DNA of 57,856 bases, filler included, from Catajapyx aquilonaris (lineage: Eukaryota): NCBI GenBank assembly GCA_000934665.2. It is 2 parts of 2 records of this genome, joined end to end, with 100 filler letters (N's around TTAATTAATTAA, not from the genome) between each part and the next. Parts side by side here need not be neighbours in the genome. Positions count along the whole stretch, not along the records: positions 1 to 28,899 come from KZ539236.1; 1 more part is not named here. One strand, given 5' to 3'. The position numbers were made by a program, and so were the translations under genes. The notes beneath the pieces are model-generated. The model was not told the origin of the DNA. It worked only from the letters and a program-made list of their open reading frames with translations, and made no database searches. Every line of letters begins with the position of its first letter. The stretch's first letter is position 1. Of the stretch, positions 12,613 to 24,539 are shown piece by piece.

Positions 12613-15303
12613 ATGTTCCCAAGGCTAACATCAGCACTGAATCTGAAAAACATCAGGTAAGTTACAGCAGAGTCCACGAATGCTTACAAACTATCGTGTT
12701 TGCAGGGTGTTACAACACTACGGATGGAGACACATTTCAACAAAAAACGAGCCATTGAACATATCTACCAGCTATGTCCACATTGGCGGCTCAGAACCGT
12801 TACAAGGAAAAACTATCGGAAATCTAGTGGAAGAAGCCGCTATTTTGAGAGGCGACTCAGAAGCCATTGTCGACATTCCCGGAAACATCCGGAAAACGTT
12901 TGCTCAAATCCACGACGAGGTTCGCAAACCTAGTGCTTTTCACCTGTCAAGACTATAACCGGTCTTTCCTTTAGGTGGACAGGTTGGCAGCTGGGTTTTT
13001 AACCCTGGGTCTACTCCCGGGTGACCGGATTGGACTTTTGGGTCCCAATTCGTATCACTGGTACGTGATGTACTTTGCAGCAGCTAGGGCTGGACTAGTG
13101 CTGGTATCCCTCAATTATACGTTCAAAGAGCAGGAATTGAAGTACTGCATCAATAAGGTGGGGATGAAAGCCTTGGTTTGTGCGGAAGAGCTTCGAGGCC
13201 AGAAGTATTATGAGCTGTTATTGAACCTGGCGCCTGCCATTGGACGTTCTACTCCAGGAAAGATTCATGATCAACAGGTTCCTACTTTAAAAACAGTTAT
13301 TGTTGCATCCAAGGAAAGATATCAGTAAGCGGTCAGATATCTCGTCAATGGGACTTGCATTTCTAGTAAATTTTGATCCTAAAAATACTCTCTATTTCGT
13401 TAAAATAGAGGAACGTTCACCTTAGATGACATGTTCTGTGCAGGAAAAGCAGACCATGCCATAAAAGAGCTACAATGCAAAATTCAATTTGATGATCCGT
13501 GTAATATACATTTCACTTCCGTAAGTATACATTGCCAATGTTGCAATATTGAAATATCTCAAACTCAATCTTCATACGATTTTCAGGGAACAACTGGTGC
13601 TCCGAAAGCGACCACACTCACCCATCATGGAATAGTCAATAATTCATATTTCATGGCTAAACGTAGGGAATTCTGCGCCAAGGTAATTTGTGTCAATGAC
13701 GTTTCCACTGGGACAAAATTCGGACACAAAATCACTATAAAGTACGCAAATGTATTTATTAATGCTGCGCCAAACGATGCGCAAGTTTAAATCGCATAAT
13801 ATTCTTCTTCGTTAAAAATATGCACATAAACACAAAAAGACTTACTGAGCGCATTTGCATTTTTTTTACTTGGCGAATTGAGATCAGAAATAAAAATATA
13901 TTCTGCGTAATAAACCGAAATTTCCAAACTCACTTTGATATTGTTTCAAATTGTGCCGGAGGAAACAAACTGTCTCCGAGAGTTATAGATTATATATATT
14001 TATATCATATAACAAAATAATGTCCTCAACAGGACATACTGTGCCTGGGAGTTCCCATGTTCCACGCATATGGCTCAATCGGTTTTCTCCTATGCGGAAT
14101 GCACGCTGGCATGTCATGTGTGATTCCAACGCCGACATTTGATGCTCGGGCAGCACTACGTGCAATTGAGCAAGAAAAGTGAGCCACATGACACAAGAAC
14201 ATGTCCCTTATCCGTATAATTATATCAGGTGCACATTAATTGCAGGGACACCCGCCATGTACGTGGACATGATGAATATCCTAGATGAAACTCCGCACGA
14301 TGTGTCGACACTACGAGCCATTGCAATAGGAGCTGCACCAAGTCTAAAGGAACAGTTGCTTAAAATAAAGGACAAACTTGGTAACGTACAGATTAATGTA
14401 AGTTGATCCCACAGTATGGCGAAGAGAATTTGTAGGCCAAACTCTGATGCAGTGTATTCAGACTATTCTGTCTTCAAGGTTGGTTTTGGAATGACAGAAA
14501 CTGGTGTTGCCAGCTTCATCCATTTTCCTAATGATCCTATTGACAACGCTATAAACACTGTTGGATTTCCTTTGGAACACGTGGAGGTATGTTGCCCGGT
14601 TGCACGCAACGAAACATTCTCATATGCTCATTTTCCAGGTTAAAGTGATCGATCCTGACGGTAAAACAGTTCCAGTCGACTGTACCGGAGAACTGTGCGT
14701 CAGAGGCTACCTCACAATGATAGGATATTGGGACGACCCTATTAAAACCGAGCAAGTCATGTCCCACGATAAATGGTTCAAGACAGGGTAAGCACCAGAT
14801 TGGCTATCTAAATGTACAAAAATGCTGTACTGAGCTGAATTTTCAGGGACCTTTTCGCAATAAACAAAAATGGTTATGGACGCTGTGTGGGAAGGCTAAA
14901 AGATATGCTGATTCGTGGAGGAGAAAACATATTTCCACGAGAAATTGAAGATGTTTTGGTCACGCATCCCGATATTATAGACGCTCAGGTTAAATATTTT
15001 GTAAATTTTTGAGGTGTTTGCTTTATATTTCAGTCTGCTAATGAGAGCTTAAAATTGTTTTCACATGGTTAGGTGGTTGGAGTCCCTGATGAACGACTTG
15101 GAGAAGAGGTGTGCGCTTGGATTCGAGTTAATGATAGGAGCAAATTGAAGGAAAATGACGTGCAAGATTTTTGTAGATCAAAAATGGCGTATTACAAAGT
15201 TCCACGCTATGTGCTTTTCGGTGTCGAGTTCCCAAAGACAGCGACAGGAAAAGTGCACAAACTAACTTTGGCGGAAAATGCTAAGAAAATCCTAAATCTG
15301 TAG
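12613..15303 (+). CDS. ACSF2: Medium-chain acyl-CoA synthetase family member 2, mitochondrial (11 coding exons)
   Basis: GT-AG exons 12613-12656, 12706-12919, 12975-13324, 13409-13520, 13587-13682, 14033-14178, 14229-14397, 14479-14586, 14639-14787, 14847-14988 and 15073-15303 splice in frame. N-terminus MFPRLTSALNLKNIR resembles a mitochondrial presequence. Motifs: AMP-binding FTSGTTGAPK, GFGMTE, GELCVRGY, WFKTGD, GRLKDMLIRGGENIFPREIE, FPKTATGKV. Confidence 0.92.
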
Positions 15304-16682
15304 TGTAATAATGCCATTCAACTGAGTCTAGTTTTGCATCATTATTAGGCCTATACTTCAGACCATAAAAATGCGTGCATATAGCCTATCGATAATTTTA
15401 ATATGGATTTATTTATCCTATGCCATAATTTGTTGTACCGAAGTGATACCATCATTTAACATAATAAAGCTGGAGTGGTTTCTTCCGTCACTAATTTCTT
15501 ATTAGCCTTAACAGCCAGAACAGTCGGCAAGTACAAAGCCAGCATGCAATGCTTAAGTGATCATAGCTTGTAATGGGTCCCTTTTGATAGAGCCTCATAA
15601 AGGAAGGAGTAAATTGGTCAATCAATGTCAAGTAGTGGCAGGGCCTACCTCACTGTAACCAGAAATAGTTGGCCAGAGGAACAGAGTACGACTACAACTA
15701 TATACCCACTGAATGAACAGAACCAGATCACCACAGAGGTTGGTAGTGGTAAACAATATTATTTATTATTTCTTTAATCGAGCTTTTCATTACTATAATG
15801 TATTCTCCCTTAGAGTAGCCTTTAATCATTATTAGTTACTTTGTTGTACCTCTTAAAACTGTTTCCATATCCGCTGTCCGACCGGGGGATTGACCTTCGA
15901 GGTAGATTTATTTTTGAATAATTATGACAAAAAAGTAGATGATTGTGTTATCTATAGAAATGACAATATCTCCCTAAATAACGTATCACCTTAGCTTATT
16001 ATTTACAAATAATTTCGGCCTCCAACAATATGGCCTTCTCTCGAAAATGGCCCTCTAAGAACGCAACCAATCAGTAGATGGCTCAACGGGTTGGCCCACA
16101 TTACGCATATCCATTTTAGCACTACAAATGTACCGAATGTAATGAGAATCAGTGGAGAAGCTCGTTTCACGTGAAATTTCTCACAGAAAGGTGAACGTAC
16201 ACTACAGTCTAATACCGGTACAACTGTAGCTATACGCCAAATATGAAGATGAGGAGACGATTGTCCGAAATATTTTGACCGGTACGGAACTGCACTAAAT
16301 TCTAAAACACACTGTACACAGTCCTGCAAGAGAACAGGAAACAAGTTTATTAATGGCATCAGTCCGCAACGCAGTTTTCCCCGTGTTGTATGAAATAGTC
16401 CCCTCTTGCGTTAGGTAGCAATTTGGATATAATTATGCCAACACCAGATGACATGAGTGGTTCTTTGACTTCACTCGGAATTGCGTGATTAAAAAACAAC
16501 CATTCCCTTGCAAAAGGCGTCTGTGTGAGTAGGCCTATCCTTACATAGCAATCAAGAAGCTTAATTCAACATTTAAAATATTTAAAAGCAGTCAAACAAT
16601 TTGGTTTTACGGCCAGTTTGTCAAACCCTGACCAGCTCTGACCTCTGAATGAAATCACACATTTGAAATAAGACCCGCCAAC

Positions 16683-19677
16683 ATGACGTCATACTTGCAA
16701 GTGGTTTGTAGTTATCTTTAATTTAGTTTTCCATCCATTTTGTAGACACGTTTGGGTTTATATGAAGCCACAGGTTTAAACTCTAACTATTTAAGGGAAC
16801 TGGTGTGAAAGGGTGCGTCTAAAGCACGGGGCTGCATCCAAATGCGTCGACTTTGAATCATACTCTTTGTTCTTTGTTTTGAATCAGCTGGCTTGCAGCT
16901 GGTGGATCAGGCGTGTGAGGACGTTGATGGTGCCCGTTGATGCTGTTATTAACTCTGGTTTTTACACCTTGTTTCAGAATCTCTGTTGGTTTCACTGCGT
17001 AGCGTATGCTGAAAGGCCTGTGATATGGTTGGGGTAAGCTGGAAGACAACTAGCATATTTGCAAAATATGTTGTAAGAAATTGTGCGGAAATTCTGCTTG
17101 TGGCATTGCTAAATGATTGGAGCAAGCTGCATATGAGACACTTGTGGTCAATAATTTTCTAGGTATGATTCACTCTCAGGGTGGACATTGCAATAGGCTC
17201 ACATTTACATAGGGTGGCCATCGTCAAGAGATCCTAACAGAAAAGAGCGTAGATGAGGTGATAGTAGTGGGATTATTTATTGGCTAGCTATTTACTCATA
17301 AAACCTAGAATGGTTTGTGCTTTCATCTGTATTTAAAAAATATATATGTTCATTTTCACACATGAGCATGGCAAATATGTCAAACCTGCAACCCTCGAGC
17401 TGCGTAATAGTTGGAGTTATTTATTTATTTATTTATACCCCATTGGGAGAATTGGCGCTCCATTACGGGGGTGGAGTACCACCATTGGTTGGGGCCAAGC
17501 ATGATCTTATATTATTCTAATAATAATAATAATAATAATAATAATTTGTACCCCGTGCTAGGGCCATGGGCCCTCTTAGGGGGGTGGGATACCACCATTT
17601 TTTAATAATCGGGAACTCTTGCTTTCGTTTTTACTTCTCATATATGGGATGGGATAGGGACGGAAGGAAGCGGCTGTGGCCTATAATTACGGACACGACC
17701 CCAGAATTTTCCTGGTGAGACCATGGGAAACCACAGAAAACCACAGTCAGGGTCGGCGGCCACCGGGATTCGAACCCAGGACCTCCCGATTAGCAGTCGG
17801 ATACTATATCCCCTCCGCTACCACTGCTTCGGTGGTTGGGGCCAAGCATGATCTTAGAATACTCAGGTCTGGTCACTCCCACTTATCGCCTGCCGGGGCG
17901 TTTTGCATGAGGTGCTCACTTGAGAGCGCCATGAGACCTTTCATATCTCTATTATGTGGCGACCTCAACGGGACCGTGCTGAACTTTATAGGTACAAAAG
18001 GGAAGTGCTACATTTGGGGACCCATCATGGTCACCGGTGGCCATGTTGGGCCAGCATGTAGCGGCTTCCCTTTTGTGCCTATAAAGTTCAGCGCGGTCCC
18101 ATTGAGGTCGCCACATAATAATCATTCATACCCCATTATCAGCCTATCGGCTCTTTAGGAGGGAAGTTTTTGTTTTGCCTGGAACTCTTTGCTTTCATTT
18201 TACTGCGCTTTATGGGATAGGATAGGGATGGAAGGAAGCGGCTGTGGCCTAACACTTAACTACCAACGTGGGGTATTTTTCTACCCCACAATGTAGATAA
18301 TACCATTGCAATTTAATTTTTTTGTATGAAATGAAAAATGGCAGGCCTATATTCCTCAGACATACTTTTTTCGATCCAAAGAAAAATTTTGACATTAGTA
18401 GAATTTTTTTTTGTGGAGTTACCGGTACTTTTCTGTACTCAGCGTCCCTGTGGGGTCCAGATATACCCCACGTCGTAGCCAATGTACATAATTTTTTAGA
18501 GAGCACATCACAGCGCATCACAGCAAAATTGTATTTTATAAAGTGTGAGTGTTGTTATTCAGACCCTGCAGCTGGGAATGTTTACTTTATAAGTCATTAC
18601 TTACGGCATCGAGCTGGAAGGCTACGAAGCTGCAATAACGGAGTCTCAAGTCCCTTATGACTCAACTAATGGTCACAGGAGATAGATTTTTTTTACACAT
18701 ACAGGTGAGAATATCAGGCCGAATTTAGCGTGGAAGAATGGCTTTAGTGCTATTAAGGCAAATTTTTTTAAAAATGAAAACCGCGTGGGGTAGAAAAATA
18801 CCCCACGTCGTAGCCAATGTATGGCAGAGATTCACGTCGGTAGTTAAGTGTTAATTACGGAAGCAACTCCGGAATTTTCCTGGAAGGACCGTGGAAAACC
18901 ACAGAAAACCACGGTCAGAGTTGCTGGCCCCGGGATTTGATCCCAGGACCTCCCGATTAGCAGTCGGACACCATATCCCCTACTCCAAACTGCTTCGGTG
19001 AGGTCGCCACATAATAGAGATATGAAAGGTCTCATGGCGCTCTCAAGTGAGCACCTCAGAGACTGTAGGGGTAGTGTCCGTGGGCTGGGGCCAAGGATAG
19101 GGAAGAAAGGAAGCGGCTGTGGCCTATTATACAGAAACAACCTCGGAATTATCCTGGGGGGACCGTGGAAAACCACGGAAAACCACAGAAAACCACGCTC
19201 AGGGTTGCCGGCCCCGGGAGTCGAACCCAGGACCTCCCAATTAGCAGTCGGGCTCCTTAACCACCACACCAACTTGCTTCAGTGTAATAGTTAGAGTAAT
19301 GATTTGGTAACAGCCACACCTTCCCCCCACCCCCTCCGCATTACGATGTGTGTGTAACTTTTTAAAATTTTACAATGCTCTGCAGGCATGGTGTGTGAAC
19401 AAAGTCATATTGTACACATACAAGGGGTCGAATTTTCGTCCCACAGCTAGTTACTGCTAACTTAGCAGTACCAATGCATTACACTGCTACTGCTAAGTTA
19501 GCAATAACTAGCAGTGAGACGAAAATTCCACCCAAGGCTTTAGCCTACTGAAAAATCAGCAGAGTTGGGTAAGTTACTTTTGAAATGTAATGATGAACCT
19601 CGATTTACTTTTAATAATACAGTAGCTGCTTTTCAAAGTTTGCATCTGTAAGCTTTCCCCTTCTCGGTGTAAAAACT

Positions 19678-19711
<34 letters not shown>

Positions 19712-22700
19712 NGCCACCCCACACTGAAACACTGACCCCTCACTTGGCAATGGAGGCCAGTGCAGTGTTGTATTGGATGAACATTTTAAAAGGGGGGGGG
19801 GGGATAAAGATAATTTGGGAGTAAAGTTCTCGCTAACTAACAACAGCAGAACCAATTTTTTTTGTGTAAGTGTAACTGACCTCTCTCTTACACATGTGTG
19901 CTGTACTTTTCCCATATTCTTAAAGTAGTATTTTAAAAAGTCATTTGCATTCAGGAGTAATTTACCCCGTCGTAAAATTTTACGTCATGTCGTAACAAGC
20001 ACCCAAAAATGCGGAAAAAGGAGGTGCTCTGGACCTATGAAGCCGATTTTTATATTTCGCTATAACCTTTCAGCAAATAAAAATTGTGTCAAAATTTGAC
20101 TGATTTGAGATTTATTAGAAGTTGGAGGAACCCTAATTTTCACGGTTTTTATTGTGCCTAGAGGGAATGGTCAACCGCAAACGCGACCCTTCTTTTGTGT
20201 GGGGAGGGTGGGATCGAGTGTCTCCTCTTTCGGCCAGAGTTGGAACTCGAGGAAGTCCGGATTTTCTACATCCCCGTCTTAAATCACCGGACTTGAGTCA
20301 GACATAATCCGGAGTACCATCGGCGCGGAGGGAACCGTCCCACTGTCGCCAAATAAATGAATCATCTGCATGTTAAAGGGACACTCCACTCAAAAAACAA
20401 GTTTGGCTCTAAAAATCGGGCAAAAAATCCTGAATCCGACGGTGCAATTCGTTTTTCGCTACGCGGAATGGTAATCCCAGGGCAAGATGTCAAAGTGTGT
20501 CGTCTGCTAATGATCGGTGCGGCCATGAGGGGAACAGGGGAACTGGAGGGCTGCACCGCTCTGGGATTGGCCTAAGCGCGGGGGCAGGCGGGAGCAGCCC
20601 TCCAGTTCCCAAGGTCCCGAGGGCGTCGCTGGCGGACGGCCAGCTTCTAGAGCACTATTTGAATTTCCCCACTTTGACCCCTTGCCCTGGGATTACCGTT
20701 CCGCGTAGCGAAAAACGGATTACACCTTCGGATTCAGAATTTTTTTTGCCTGATTTTTAGAGCCAAACTTGTTTTTTTGAGTGGAGTGTCCCTTTAAAAT
20801 AGATGCTTTTCAAACCCTGCACGGAAAAGTAACTTTGTAACGAAAGTTACAAAGTTACTGTTTAAAGGTAACTAGTTACAAGTACAAGTTACTTGTGCAC
20901 AAAAGTAACGAAGTTACCGGGAAAAGTACTCAAAAAGTAACTAGTTACTAGTAACACGTTATTTCTACTCAGTTACTACCCAACTCTGAAAATCAGTAAT
21001 AATATTGCCACCAATGCAGACATTATACAAACTTGGGTGAACTTTTTTAAATGTAATTTTTTTCACTATTACTAGTATCACTGAGACCATTTTTACTTAC
21101 ACAGCACAAAGTGAAGTCAATGATAGCTGTGGCATCAGGAGGATTTGTTGCCTTCTGTACTATCAGCTGCGTCAAGTACAATGAGAAGTTCTACCGGGAG
21201 GTGGTCATGCCAGCAGTCCATCGACTTGATCCAGAAACCAGCCACCGTCTTGGAATTTTTGCAGCCAAGTATAAACTGTTCCCCAGGTCCAGTTATGAAG
21301 ATCCTGACATATTGGTCAGTATCTCTCACTGATGTAATCTAAAAGTAAATAAAGTAATTTAATAATGGAATAAATACCACCATCTTGTGCTGGTGGTGGC
21401 TCCTTAGTCATGCCATCTTGTGTATTAGTTGCATTGGTATTACTGATCATTATTTGCCCAAGTAATTCAGCAATAAAGTTGATTTTAAATCAAATAAATG
21501 GTGGTTCATTTTGCACATGCATCAGGAATTTTGAAAAAATCCAACTCATAGGCAACAACATAATTTATTTGAAAATGTTCATGGGCATGCCAGTTTGGGT
21601 GAAGACCAGTCAGTTCTAACAAAAATAACTATGACTTCAGGCATTATTAGTGATAACTAAAAATGACCCACATACTTGGAACACCCTATATATCAGTAAA
21701 CTACTTTCCATTTCAAAAATGTATCAATACATCTCAATTTCAATGGGATAGTAATAAAGACAAATTGCATTAAGTTTTGAAAGACCCATATAGCTGAATC
21801 AAGCAGAAATTCACAAAATGTTAAGGAGTTTCTTGGGAGCAGTCACAAGAATGGGGTTTGATCTAATTGGCCCAAACTAGAGCAGCATCTTTCCTCCTCC
21901 CCTCCCCTTCCTCCTGCCAACCACACCTCATTGACCGCTGCATGGCAGTGTGCATCTTTACTTCCATCAGCCTCAGTGGAGAGTGCATCCTCCCAACAAT
22001 CCATGATATATATGTGTAACCTTCCATGTGTTTTCTATGTGAGATTTCCAGTGAGTCCTGCTGTTCTCCCATTCTGTTCCATCACATCGGGAACCTGCAC
22101 TAATTCCCCATTTGGAGGCTGTCATGATGTACAATCGGGTTCAAATACTTTTGGATTGCTGCAAGACCAGGATAAAGTGGCCAAAAGTATTTTTGAACCC
22201 GATAGTACATGCAAGCAAGAGTGTGCAATCAATTTTACTTATTTCAGGGTTTGTTTTAGCAAAAAATATGCAGTTCTAAAAATTAGTTGTCATCTACCAC
22301 AAGTATTGTAAGATAAATAAATGAACATGTTACCTCAGCTCAAAAGTATAAACCATTCGGTCATGTAATTTTAAAAAGTACTTTTTTTCGGAAATCAACA
22401 TAGCCATAAAACAGAACCTTAGATCTTTAGATACCAATAGACACAAAACACATGTCTATTGAAGCATGTTGAAAGCTGTGGCACCATCATTTGAAAGCAT
22501 GTCAAGCACTCTTTTTGCTAGGCATATTCTTTTCCATATTTTACTCAAATGTTCTCTCCTATCAAAAGTTTTTGCAGGTAGCAAAACATGTGAAGGCCAA
22601 GCAGTGCAAGGTCTGGACCATAGTCTGTGCACTAAAAGGTCCACCATTTGAATTGTTCAGGACTTTGAACAATGCCCGTGTAAGGACTACCATGCAATCA

Positions 22701-24491
22701 TGCATGCTCATAATTATGTGCTTCTGTTCTCCAACAGTTCTAGTAAAATGCCTTTGATCGTCCTCAAAGTTTCAGGACCATGGTCCAGACCTAGGATATA
22801 ATGAACTTTACATGAAGACCTCGGGGGGAGAAAGATCAAGGTCCACCTCATGTGAAACTGAGATATTGCCATTTCAAATCCATGGTCCGTAAGGTTCTAT
22901 TGTATATCCCTCTTTCGGGGCCTTCCATAATAGACTATGATCGAACCATCATATTCTACACTAGTGAAACTATCTTCCGAGATATGTAACTCATTTTTGA
23001 CTGAAAGTGGACCTTGATCATTCTTCCCCCAAGGTCTTCACATGTTTTGCCACCTCCACTGAAAATTACTTTGTGCCCCAGCAAAACTAATTATTCAGAT
23101 GCAACCATTTCAAAAATAGTATGCAATATCCTTAATTGGTGCACTTACTTTGGAATGTCATGAATTGTCACTTAAATACCTGGTTATTCCTGACAGAGAA
23201 CCAAGTTGTGGGGAATGGAATTTCCCAATCCAATTGGACTGGCTGCTGGATTTGACAAGAATGGTGAAGCCATTGAAGGCTTACACAAGCTGGGCTTTGG
23301 CTTCGTGGAGATCGGATCAGTTACACCTGTGCCTCAGCAAGGAAATCCAAAGCCTAGGGTGTTCAGACTGAAGGAAGATGAAGCAGTCATTAACAGGTAG
23401 TAATTAACACCTGGGTAGTATACAATGTGTTCCAACTGAATTGTCTGAGGAAAGTAATTATTTGGCACTAAGTTATTACTAGTTAATTAAGCTACAAATT
23501 TTTAAATAAGTATTATTAATCATCTGTTTTCTAACCAGTATTATAAAGTGCTACCAACAATATAACCTGGTAATATTGGGTTGAATGGAAGCATGTCTGA
23601 GGAGTAAGGGTCAGTTTTCAGGCATTGGGGAACATTTACTGGTCTGGAAGAGAGAAAATAATCCTAAAACTGAAGTGTTTGCAACCACATGTGGTTTTTA
23701 CTAGTATTTCTGTGGTGCTGTGGTAACGTATGCACCCTATGGAAGGGTCCCGGATTCCTGGGCCCTGGTTTCCCCCTTCATCTTGTGCAAAGTTGGGTCG
23801 TCTCTGGTTTTGTCTCGGGTGGAATCTCCAGATTAATCCATGCAGAGGAGTTCACAAAATGACAAGCTAGGACATTGCACTTGCACAACACGCTCCCAGT
23901 CACCCTGCCACCAGACCTGGGCATTTCGCAGAAAGGTTCTATTTATACACTACATGGTATACAAGTTGAGAATCCTTGATTCAAAATGCTTGGGACCAGA
24001 AGTGTTTCAGATTTAGAATATTTTAGGATTTTGGAACATTTGTATATTTGCATATACCCATAAAATGGGACAACTTTGGGATGGGATAAATGCCTGAACA
24101 CGATATCCATATGCATTTCTTACTGGGAGTTATGCGTTAGCCCTGCAGGTAATCTTATAAAATTTTCAGTTATTTTTTATATGCACAGATCCAGACAATT
24201 ATGCTTCTTATGTTCTCACATGCAATTTTCCATTTGTGGTGCATTATAACAGCACTCCGTGCAGAGGTCGGTCACCTCTGGCTTCGTCTCGGGTGGTATT
24301 TCCTACAGACTAAACCACCCGGGGGAGCTCACTAAAAATGGCCACACGTCAGATGCACTGCACTTGCACATCCCCTCCTGTCATCCTGCCCGTGGGCCCG
24401 GGCGCTTCAATAATAGGATTCCCAGAATTGTACACCATCACAATAAAGGTCTGGCAAAAAACCCCTATGGGGTTAGCCGAATACCCAATCA

Positions 24492-24539
<48 letters not shown>

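Larger units (their letters stand above)
17847..19058. mobile_element. Second palindromic foldback element (related to 3026-3404), right arm interrupted by a SINE
   Basis: Starts catgatcttagaatactcaggtctggtcactccc. Hairpin centre near 18035. Left arm 17909-17967 pairs with 18999-19058 once the SINE is removed. Outer right end is missing or diverged. Confidence 0.75.
17417..19282 (-). mobile_element. Older family-1-related SINE split by nested insertions (tail ~17417-17499, head ~19088-19282)
   Basis: Minus-strand tRNA-like head and ggaagcggctgtggcc body at 19088-19282. (TTTA)n tail and 3' part at 17417-17499. gggccaag is duplicated at both junctions. Confidence 0.6.

Noticed and set aside
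16003..16359. 118-aa ORF divergent from the DHODH promoter
   Set aside because: No recognisable homology or coherent exon chain. At most a non-coding divergent transcript.
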